A program made the position numbers and the translations under genes. Positions 41,400 through 53,300 of a stretch of DNA of 64,000 bases are shown one piece after another. The notes under the pieces were generated by a model. That model was not told the DNA's origin. It saw nothing but the letters and a program-made list of their open reading frames with translations, and made no database searches. Within the stretch, counting starts at the first letter, position 1, and each line of letters begins with the position of its first letter. Location: NCBI RefSeq assembly GCF_009914755.1, contig NC_060943.1. One strand, given 5' to 3'. This DNA is from the human T2T-CHM13v2.0 reference genome, Homo sapiens.

Positions 41400-44300
41400 C
41401 TTTGTGATGTGTGCGTTCAACTCACAGAGTTCAACCTTTCTTTTAATAGAGCAGTTGGGAAACACTCTGTTTGTAAAGTCTGCAAGTGGATATTCAGACT
41501 TCTTTGAGGCCTTCGTTGGAAGCGGGATTTCTTCATATTCTGCTAGACAGAAGAATTCTCAGTAACCTCCTTGTGTTGTGTGTATTCAACTCACAGAGTT
41601 GAACGACCCTTTACACAGAGCAGACTTGAAACACTCTTTTTGTGGAATTTGCAAGTGGAGATTTCAGCCGCTTTGAGGTCAATGGTAGAATAGGAAATAT
41701 CTTCCTATAGAAACTAGACAGAATGATTCTCAGAAACTCCTTTGTGATGTGTGCGTTCAGCTCACAGAGTTTAACCTTTCTTTTCATAGAGCAGTTAGGA
41801 AACACTCTGTTTGTAAAGTCTGCAAGTGGATATTCAGACATCCTTGAGGCTTTCGTTGGAAACGGGATTTCTTCATATTCTGCTAGAAAGAAGAATTCTC
41901 AGTAACTTCCTTGTGTTGTGTGTATTCAACTCACAGAGTTGAACGATCCTTTACACAGAGCAGACTTGAAACACTCCTTTTGTGGAATTTGCAAGTGGAG
42001 ATTTCAGCCGCTTTGAGGTCAATGGTAGAATAGGAAATATCTTCCTATAGAAACTAGACAGAATGATTCTCAGAAACTCCTTTGTGATGTGTGCGTTCAA
42101 CTCACAGAGTTTAACCTTTCTTTTCATAGAGCAGTTGGGAAACACTCTGTTTGTAAAGTCTGCAAGTGGATATTCAGACATCCTTGAGGCTTTCGTTGGA
42201 AACGGGATTTCTTCATATTCTGCTAGAAAGAAGAATTCTCAGTAACTTCCTTGTGTTGTGTGTTTTCAACTCACAGAGTTGAACGATCCTTTACACAGAG
42301 CAGACTTGAAACACTCCTTTTGTGGAATTTGCAAGTGGAGATTTCAGCCGCTTTGAGGTCAATGGTAGAATAGGAAATATCTTTCTATAGAAAGTAGACA
42401 GAATGATTCTCAGAAACTCCTTTGTGATGTGTGCGTTCAACTCACAGAGTTTAACCTTTCTTTTCATAGAGCAGTTAGGAAACACTCTGTTTGTAAAGTC
42501 TGCAAGTGGATATTCAGACCTCCTTGAGGCCTTCGTTGGAAACGGGATTTCTTCATATTATGCTAGACAGAAGAATTCTCAGTAACTTCCTTGTGTTGTG
42601 TGTATTCAACTCACAGAGTTGAACGATCCTTTACACAGAGCAGACTTGAAACACTCTTTTTGTGGAATTTGCAAGTGGAGATTTCAGCCGCTTTGAGTTC
42701 AATGGTAGAATAGGAAATATCTTCCTATAGAAACTAGACAGAATGATTCTCAGAATCTCCTTTGTGATGTGTGCGTTCAACTCACAGAGTTCAACCTTTC
42801 TTTTAATAGAGTAGTTGGGAAACACTCTGTTTGTAAAGTCTGCAAGTGGATATTCAGACTTCTTTGAGGCCTTCGTTGGAAGCGGGATTTCTTCATATTC
42901 TGCTAGACAGAAGAATTCTCAGTAACCTCCTTGTGTTGTGTGTATTCAACTCACAGAGTTGAACGACCCTTTACACAGAGCAGACTTGAAACACTCTTTT
43001 TGTGGAATTTGCAAGTGGAGATTTCAGCCGCTTTGAGGTCAATGGTAGAATAGGAAATATCTTCCTATAGAAACTAGACAGAATGATTCTCAGAAACTCC
43101 TTTGTGATGTGTGCGTTCAACTCACAGAGTTTAACCTTTCTTTTCATAGAGCAGTTAGGAAACACTCTGTTTGTAAAGTCTGCAAGTGGATATTCAGACA
43201 TCCTTGAGGCTTTCGTTGGAAACGGGATTTCTTCATATTCTGCTAGAAAGAAGAATTCTCAGTAACTTCCTTGTGTTGTGTGTATTCAACTCACAGAGTT
43301 GAACGATCCTTTACACAGAGCAGACTTGAAACACTCTTTTTGTGGAATTTGCAAGTGGAGATTTCAGCCGCTTTGAGGTCAATGGTAGAATAGGAAATAT
43401 CTTCCTATAGAAACTAGACAGAATGATTCTCAGAAACTTCTTTGTGATGTGTGCGTTCAACTCACACAGTTTAACCTTTCTTTTCATAGAGCAGTTAGGA
43501 AACACTCTGTTTGTAAAGTCTGCAAGTGGATATTCACACCTCCTTGAGGCCTTCGTTGGAAACGGGATTTCTTCATATTATGCTAGACAGAAGAATTCTC
43601 AGTAACTTCGTTGTGTTGTGTGTATTCAACTCACAGAGTTGAACGATCCTTTACACAGAGCAGACTTGAAACACTCTTTTTGTGGAATTTGCAAGTGGAT
43701 ATTTCAGCCGCTTTGAGTTCAATGGTAGAATAGGAAATATCTTCCTATAGAAACTAGACAGAATGATTCTCAGAAACTCCTTTGTGATGTGTGTGTTCAA
43801 CTCACAGAGTTCAACCTTTCTTTTCATAGAGCAGTTGGGAAACACTCTGTTTGTAAAGTCTGCAAGTGGATATTCAGACTTCTTTGAGGCCTTCTTTGGA
43901 AGCGGGATTTCTTCATGTTCTGCTAGACAGAAGAATTCTCAGAAACTTCCTTGTGTTGTGTGTTTTCAACTCACAGAGTTGAACGATCCTTTACACAGAG
44001 CAGACTTGAAACACTCCTTTTGTGGAATTTGCAAGTGGAGATTTCAGCTGCTTTGAGGTCAATGGTAGAATAGGAAATATCTTCCTATAGAAAGAAGACA
44101 GAATGATTCTCAGAAACTCCTTTGTGATGTGTGCGTTCAACTCACAGAGTTTAACCTTTCTTTTCATAGAGCAGTTAGGAAACACTCTGTTTGTAAAGTC
44201 TGCAAGTGGATATTCAGACCTCCTTGAGGCCTTCGTTGGAAGCGGGATTTCTTCATGTTCAGCTAGACAGAAGAATTCTCAGAAACTTCCTTGTGTTGTG

Positions 44301-47300
44301 TGTTTTCAACTCACAGAGTTGAACGATCCTTTACACAGAGCAGACTTGAAACACTCCTTTTGTGGAATTTGCAAGTGGAGATTTCAGCCGCTTTGAGGTC
44401 AATGGTAGAATAGGAAATATCTTCCTATAGAAACTAGACAGAATGATTCTCAGAAACTCCTTTGTGATGTGTGCGTTCAACTCACAGAGTTTAACATTTC
44501 TTTTCATAGAGCAGTTAGGAAACACTCTGTTTGTAAAGTCTGCAAGTGGATATTCAGACATCCTTGAGGCTTTCGTTGGAAACGGGATTTCTTCTTATTC
44601 TGGTAGAAAGAAGAATTCTCAGTAACTTCCTTGTGTTGTGTGTATTCAACTCACAGAGTTGAACGATCCTTTACACAGAGCAGACTTGAAACACTCTTTT
44701 TGTGGAATTTGCAAGTGGAGATTTCAGCCGCTTTGAGTTCAATGGTAGAATAGGAAATATCTTCCTATAGAAACTAGACAGAATGATTCTCAGAAACTCC
44801 TTTGTGATGTGTGCGTTCAACTCACAGAGTTTAACCTTTCTTTTCATAGAGCAGTTGGGAAACACTCTGTTTGTAAAGTCTGCAAGTGGATATTCAGACA
44901 TCTTTGAGGCTTTCGTTGGAAACGGGATTTCTTCATATTCTGCTAGAAAGAAGAATTCTCAGTAACTTCCTTGTGTTGTGTGTATTCAACTCACAGAGTT
45001 GAACGATCCTTTACACAGAGCAGACTTGAAACACTCTTTTTGTGGAATTTGCAAGTGGAGATTTCAGCCGCTTTGAGTTCAATGGTAGAATAGGAAATAT
45101 CTTCCTATAGAAACTAGACAGAATGATTCTCAGAAACTCCTTTGTGATGTGTGCGTTCAACTCACAGAGTTCAACCTTTCTTTTAATAGAGCAGTTGGGA
45201 AACACTCTGTTTGTAAAGTCTGCAAGTGGATATTCAGACTTCTTTGAGGCCTTCGTTGGAAGCGGGATTTCTTCATATTCTGCTAGACAGAAGAATTCTC
45301 ATAAACCTCCTTGTGTTGTGTGTATTCAACTCACAGAGTTGAACGACCCTTTACACAGAGCAGACTTGAAACACTCTTTTTGTGGAATTTGCAAGTGGAG
45401 ATTTCAGCCGCTTTGAGGTCAATGGTAGAATAGGAAATATCTTCCTATAGAAACTAGACAGAATGATTCTCAGAAACTCCTTTGTGATGTGTGCGTTCAA
45501 CTCACAGAGTTTAACCTTTCTTTTCATAGAGCAGTTAGGAAACACTCTGTTTGTAAAGTCTGCAAGTGGATATTCAGACATCCTTGAGGCTTTCGTTGGA
45601 AACGGGATTTCTTCATATTCTGCTAGAAAGAAGAATTCTCAGTAACTTCCTTGTGTTGTGTGTATTCAACTCACAGAGTTGAACGATCCTTTACACAGAG
45701 CAGACTTGAAACACTCTTTTTGTGGAATTTGGAAGTGGAGATTTCAGCCGCTTTGAGTTCAATGGTAGAATAGGAAATATCTTCCTATAGAAACTAGACA
45801 GAATGATTCTCAGAAACTCCTTTGTGATGTGTGCGTTCAACTCACAGAGTTCAACCTTTCTTTTCATAGAGCAGTTGGGAAACACTCTGTTTGTAAAGTC
45901 TGCATGTGGATATTCAGACATCCTTGAGGCTTTCGTTGGAAACGGGATTTCTTCATATTCTGCTAGAAAGAAGAATTCTCAGTAACTTCCTTGTGTTGTG
46001 TGTTTTCAACTCACAGAGTTGAACGATCCTTTACACAGAGCAGACTTGAAACACTCCTTTTGTGGAATTTGCAAGTGGAGATTTCAGCCGCTTTGAGGTC
46101 AATGGTAGAATAGGAAATATCTTCCTATAGAAAGTAGACAGAATGATTCTCAGAAACTCCTTTGTGATGTGTGCGTTCAACTCACAGAGTTTAACCTTTC
46201 TTTTCATAGAGCAGTTAGGAAACACTCTGTTTGTAAAGTCTGCAAGTGGATATTCAGACCTCCTTGAGGCCTTCGTTGGAAACGGGATTTCTTCATATTA
46301 TGCTAGACAGAAGAATTCTCAGTAACTTCCTTGTGTTGTGTGTATTCAACAAACAGAGTTGAACGATCCTTTACACAGAGCAGACTTGAAACACTCTTTT
46401 TGTGGAATTTGCAAGTGGAGATTTCAGCCGCTTTGAGTTCAATGGTAGTATAGGAAATATCTTCCTATAGAAACTAGACAGAATGATTCTCAGAAACTCC
46501 TTTGTGATGTGTGCGTTCAACTCACAGAGTTCAACCTTTCTTTTAATAGAGCAGTTGGGAAACACTCTGTTTGTAAAGTCTGCAAGTGGATATTCAGACT
46601 TCTTTGAGGCCTTCGTTGGAAGCGGGATTTCTTCATATTCTGCTAGACAGAAGAATTCTCAGTAACTTCCTTGTGTTGTGTGTATTCAACTCACAGAGTT
46701 GAACGATCCTTTACACAAAGCAGACTTGAAACACTCTTTTTGTGGAATTTGCAAGTGGAGATTTCAGCCGCTTTGAGGTCAATGGTAGAATAGGAAATAT
46801 CTTCCTATAGAAAGTAGACAGAATGATTCTCAGAAACTCCTTTGTGATGTGTGCGTTCAACTCACAGAGTTTAACCTTTCTTTTCATAGAGCAGTTAGGA
46901 AACACTCTGTTTGTAAAGTCTGCAAGTGGATATTCAGACATCCTTGAGGCTTTCGTTGGAAACGGGATTTCTTCATATTCTGCTAGAAAGAAGAATTCTC
47001 AGTAACTTCCTAGTGTTGTGTGTATTCAACTCACAGAGTTGAACGATCCTTTACACAGAGCAGACTTGAAACACTCTTTTTGTGGAATTTGCAAGTGGAG
47101 ATTTCAGCCGCTTTGAGGTCAATGGTAGAATAGGAAATATCTTCCTATAGAAACTAGACAGAATGATTCTCAGAAACTCCTTTGTGATGTGTGCGTTCAA
47201 CTCACAGAGTTTAACCTTTCTTTTCATAGCGCAGTTGGGAAACACTCTGTGTGTAAAGTCTGCAAGTGGATATTCAGACATCCTTGAGGCTTTCGTTGGA

Positions 47301-50300
47301 AACGGGATTTCTTCATATTCTGCTAGAAAGAAGAATTCTCAGTAACTTCCTTGTGTTGTGTCTTTTCAACTCACAGAGTTGAACGATCCTTTACACAGAG
47401 CAGACTTGAAACACTCCTTTTGTGGAATTTGCAAGTGGAGATTTCAGCCGCTTTGAGGTCAATGGTAGAATAGGAAATATCTTCCTATAGAAAGTAGACA
47501 GAATGATTCTCAGAATCTCCTTTGTGATGTGTGCGTTCAACTCACAGAGTTTAACCTTTCTTTTCATAGAGCAGTTAGGAAACACTCTGTTTGTAAAGTC
47601 TGCAAGTGGATATTCAGACCTCCTTGAGGCCTTCGTTGGAAACGGGATTTCTTCTTATTATGCTAGACAGAAGAATTCTCAGTAACTTCCTTGTGTTGTG
47701 TGTATTCAACTCACAGAGTTGAACGATCCTTTACACAGAGCAGACTTGAAATACTCTTTTTGTGGAATTTGCAAGTGGAGATTTCAGCCGCTTTGAGTTC
47801 AATGGTAGAATAGGAAATATCTTCCTATAGAAACTAGACAGAATGATTCTCAGAAACTCCTTTGTGATGTGTGCGTTCAACTCACAGAGTTTAACCTTTC
47901 TTTTCATAGAGCAGTTGGGAAACACTCTGTTTGTAAAGTCTGCAAGTGGATATTCAGACATCCTTGAGGCTTTCGTTGGAAACGGGATTTCTTCATATTC
48001 TGCTAGAAAGAAGAATTCTCAGTAACTTCCTTGTGTTGTGTGTATTCAACTCACAGAGTTGAACGATCCTTTACACAGAGCAGACTTGAAACACTCTTTT
48101 TGTGGAATTTGCAAGTGGAGATTTCAGCCGCTTTGAGTTCAATGGTAGAATAGGAAATATCTTCCTATAGAAACTAGACAGAATGATTCTCAGAAACTCC
48201 TTTGTGATGTGTGCGTTCAACTCACAGAGTTCAACCTTTCTTTTAATAGAGCAGTTGGGAAACACTCTGTTTGTAAAGTCTGCAAGTGGATATTCAGACT
48301 TCTTTGAGGCCTTCGTTGGAAGCGGGATTTCTTCATATTCTGCTAGACAGAAGAATTCTCAGTAACTTCCTTGTGTTGTGTGTATTCAACTCACAGAGTT
48401 GAACGATCCTTTACACAGAGCAGACTTGAAACACTCTTTTTGTGGAATTTGCAAGTGGAGATTTCAGCCGCTTTGAGGTCAATGGTAGAATAGGAAATAT
48501 CTTCCTATAGAAACTAGACAGAATGATTCTCAGAAACTCCTTTGTGCTGTGTGCGTTCAACTCACAGAGTTTAACCTTTCTTTTCATAGAGCAGTTAGGA
48601 AACACTCTGTTTGTAAAGTCTGCAAGTGGATATTCAGACATCCTTGAGGCTTTCGTTGGAAACGGGATTTCTTCATATTCTGCTAGAAAGAAGAATTCTC
48701 AGTAACTTCCTTGTGTGGTGTGTATTCAACTCACAGAGTTGAACGATCCTTTACACAGAGCAGACTTGAAACACTCTTTTTGTGGAATTTGCAAGTGGAG
48801 ATTTCAGCCGCTTTGAGGTCAATGGTAGAATAGGAAATATCTTCCTATAGAAACTAGACAGAATGATTCTCAGAAACTCCTTTGTGATGTGTGCGTTCAA
48901 CTCACAGAGTTTAACCTTTCTTTTCATAGAGCAGTTAGGAAACACTCTGTTTGTAAAGTCTGCAAGTGGATATTCAGACCTCCTTGAGGCCTTCGTTGGA
49001 AACGGGATTTCTTCATATTATGCTAGACAGAAGAATTCTCAGTAACTTCCTTGTGTTGTGTGTATTCAACTCACAGAGTTGAACGATCCTTTACACAGAG
49101 CAGACTTGAAACACTCTTTTTGTGGAATTTGCAAGTGGATATTTCAGCCGCTTTGAGTTCAATGGTAGAATAGGAAATATCTTCCTATAGAAACTAGACA
49201 GAATGATTCTCAGAAACTCCTTTGTGATGTGTGCGTTCAACTCACAGAGTTCAACCTTTCTTTTCATAGAGCAGTTGGGAAACACTCTGTTTGTAAAGTC
49301 TGCAGGTGGATATTCAGACTTCTTTGAGGCCTTCTTTGGAAGCGGGATTTCTTCATGTTCTGCTAGACAGAAGAATTCTCAGAAACTTCCTTGTGTTGTG
49401 TGTTTTCAACTCACAGAGTTGAACGATCCTTTACACAGAGCAGACTTGAAACACTCCTTTTGTGGAATTTGCAAGTGGAGATTTCAGCCGCTTTGAGGTC
49501 AATGGTAGAATAGGAAATATCTTCCTATAGAAAGTAGACAGAATGATTCTCAGAAACTCCTTTGTGATGTGTGCGTTCAACTCACAGAGTTTAACCTTTC
49601 TTTTCATAGAGCAGTTAGGAAACACTCTGTTTGTAAAGTCTGCAAGTGGATATTCAGACCTCCTTGAGGCCTTCGTTGGAAGCGGGATTTCTTCATGTTC
49701 AGCTAGACAGAAGAATTCTCAGAAACTTCCTTGTGTTGTGGGTTTTCAACTCACAGAGTTGAACGATCCTTTACACAGAGCAGACTTGAAACACTCCTTT
49801 TGTGGAATTTGCAAGTGGAGATTTCAGCCGCTTTGAGGTCAATGGTAGAATAGGAAATATCTTCCTATAGAAACTAGACAGAATGATTCTCAGAAACTCC
49901 TTTGTGATGTGTGCGTTCAACTCACAGAGTTTAACCTTTCTTTTCATAGAGCAGTTAGGAAACACTCTGTTTGTAAAGTCTGCAAGTGGATATTCAGACA
50001 TCCTTGAGGCTTTCGTTGGAAACGGGATTTCTTCATATTCTGCTAGAAAGAAGAATTCTCAGTAACTTCCTTGTGTTGTGTGTATTCAACTCACAGAGTT
50101 GAACGATCCTTTACACAGAGCAGACTTGAAACACTCTTTTTGTGGAATTTGCAAGTGGATATTTCAGCCGCTTTGAGTTCAATGGTAGAATAGGAAATAT
50201 CTTCCTATAGAAACTAGACAGAATGATTCTCAGAAACTCCTTTGTGATGTGTGCGTTCAACTCACAGAGTTCAACCTTTCTTTTCATAGAGCAGTTGGGA

Positions 50301-53300
50301 AACACTCTGTTTGTAAAGTCTGCAAGTGGATATTCAGACCTCCTTGAGGCCTTCGTTGGAAGCGGGATTTCTTCATGTTCAGCTAGACAGAAGAATTCTC
50401 AGAAACTTCCTTGTGTTGTGTGTTTTCAACTCACAGAGTTGAACGATCCTTTACACAGAGCAGACTTGAAACACTCCTTTTGTGGAATTTGCAAGTGGAG
50501 ATTTCAGCCGCTTTGAGGTCAATGGTAGAATAGGAAATATCTTCCTATAGAAACTAGACAGAATGATTCTCAGAAACTCCTTTGTGATGTGTGCGTTCAA
50601 CTCACAGAGTTTAACCTTTCTTTTCATAGAGCAGTTAGGAAACACTCTGTTTGTAAAGTCTGCAAGTGGATATTCAGACATCCTTGAGGCTTTCGTTGGA
50701 AACGGGATTTCTTCATATTCTGCTAGAAAGAAGAATTCTCAGTAACTTCCTTGTGTTGTGTGTATTCAACTCACAGAGTTGAACGATCCTTTACACAGAG
50801 CAGACTTGAAACACTCTTTTTGTGGAATTTGCAAGTGGAGATTTCAGCCGCTTTGAGGTCAATGCTAGAATAGGAAATATCTTCCTATAGAAACTAGACA
50901 GAATGATTCTCAGAAACTGCTTTGTGATGTGTGCGTTCAACTCACAGAGTTTAACCTTTCTTTTCATAGAGCAGTTGGGAAACACTCTGTTTGTAAAGTC
51001 TGCATGTGGATATTCAGACATCCTTGAGGCTTTCGTTGGAAACGGGATTTCTTCATATTCTGCTAGAAAGAAGAATTCTCAGTAACTTCCTTGTGTTGTG
51101 TGTTTTCAACTCACAGAGTTGAACGATCCTTTACACAGAGCAGACTTGAAACACTCCTTTTGTGGAATTTGCAAGTGGAGATTTCAGCCGCTTTGAGGTC
51201 AATGGTAGAATAGGAAATATCTTCCTATAGAAACTAGACAGAATGATTCTCAGAAACTCCTTTGTGATGTGTGCGTTCAACTCACAGAGTTCAACCTTTC
51301 TTTTAATAGAGCAGTTGGGAAACACTCTGTTTGTAAAGTCTGCAAGTGGATATTCAGACTTCTTTGAGGCCTTCGTTGGAAGCGGGATTTCTTCATATTC
51401 TGCTAGACAGAAGAATTCTCAGTAACCTCCTTGTGTTGTGTGTATTCAACTCACAGAGTTGAACGACCCTTTACACAGAGCAGACTTGAAACACTCTTTT
51501 TGTGGAATTTGCAAGTGGAGATTTCAGCCGCTTTGAGGTCAATGGTAGAATAGGAAATATCTTCCTATAGAAACTAGACAGAATGATTCTCAGAAACTCC
51601 TTTGTGATGTGTGCGTTCAGCTCACAGAGTTTAACCTTTCTTTTCATAGAGCAGTTAGGAAACACTCTGTTTGTAAAGTCTGCAAGTGGATATTCAGACA
51701 TCCTTGAGGCTTTCGTTGGAAACGGGATTTCTTCATATTCTGCTAGAAAGAAGAATTCTCAGTAACTTCCTTGTGTTGTGTGTATTCAACTCACAGAGTT
51801 GAACGATCCTTTACACAGAGCAGACTTGAAACACTCTTTTTGTGGAATTTGCAAGTGGAGATTTCAGCCGCTTTGAGGTCAATGGTAGAATAGGAAATAT
51901 CTTCCTATAGAAACTAGACAGAATGATTCTCAGAAACTCCTTTGTGATGTGTGCGTTCAACTCACAGAGTTTAACCTTTCTTTTCATAGAGCAGTTGGGA
52001 AACACTCTGTTTGTAAAGTCTGCAAGTGGATATTCAGACATCCTTGAGGCTTTCGTTGGAAACGGGATTTCTTCATATTCTGCTAGAAAGAAGAATTCTC
52101 AGTAACTTCCTTGTGTTGTGTGTTTTCAACTCACAGAGTTGAACGATCCTTTACACAGAGCAGACTTGAAACACTCCTTTTGTGGAATTTGCAAGTGGAG
52201 ATTTCAGCCGCTTTGAGGTCAATGGTAGAATAGGAAATATCTTCCTATAGAAAGTAGACAGAATGATTCTCAGAAACTCCTTTGTGATGTGTGCGTTCAA
52301 CTCACAGAGTTTAACCTTTCTTTTCATAGAGCAGTTAGGAAACACTCTGTTTGTAAAGTCTGCAAGTGGATATTCAGACCTCCTTGAGGCCTTCGTTGGA
52401 AACGGGATTTCTTCATATTATGCTAGACAGAAGAATTCTCAGTAACTTCCTTGTGTTGTGTGTATTCAACTCACAGAGTTGAACGATCCTTTACACAGAG
52501 CAGACTTGAAACACTCTTTTTGTGGAATTTGCAAGTGGAGATTTCAGCCGCTTTGAGTTCAATGGTAGAATAGGAAATATCTTCCTATAGAAACTAGACA
52601 GAATGATTCTCAGAATCTCCTTTGTGATGTGTGCGTTCAACTCACAGAGTTCAACCTTTCTTTTAATAGAGTAGTTGGGAAACACTCTGTTTGTAAAGTC
52701 TGCAAGTGGATATTCAGACTTCTTTGAGGCCTTCGTTGGAAGCGGGATTTCTTCATATTCTGCTAGACAGAAGAATTCTCAGTAACCTCCTTGTGTTGTG
52801 TGTATTCAACTCACAGAGTTGAACGACCCTTTACACAGAGCAGACTTGAAACACTCTTTTTGTGGAATTTGCAAGTGGAGATTTCAGCCGCTTTGAGGTC
52901 AATGGTAGAATAGGAAATATCTTCCTATAGAAACTAGACAGAATGATTCTCAGAAACTCCTTTGTGATGTGTGCGTTCAACTCACAGAGTTTAACCTTTC
53001 TTTTCATAGAGCAGTTAGGAAACACTCTGTTTGTAATGTCTGCAAGTGGATATTCAGACATCCTTGAGGCTTTCGTTGGAAACGGGATTTCTTCATATTC
53101 TGCTAGAAAGAAGAATTCTCAGTAACTTCCTTGTGTTGTGTGTATTCAACTCACAGAGTTGAACGATCCTTTACACAGAGCAGACTTGAAACACTCTTTT
53201 TGTGGAATTTGCAAGTGGAGATTTCAGCCGCTTTGAGGTCAATGGTAGAATAGGAAATATCTTCCTATAGAAACTAGACAGAATGATTCTCAGAAACTTC

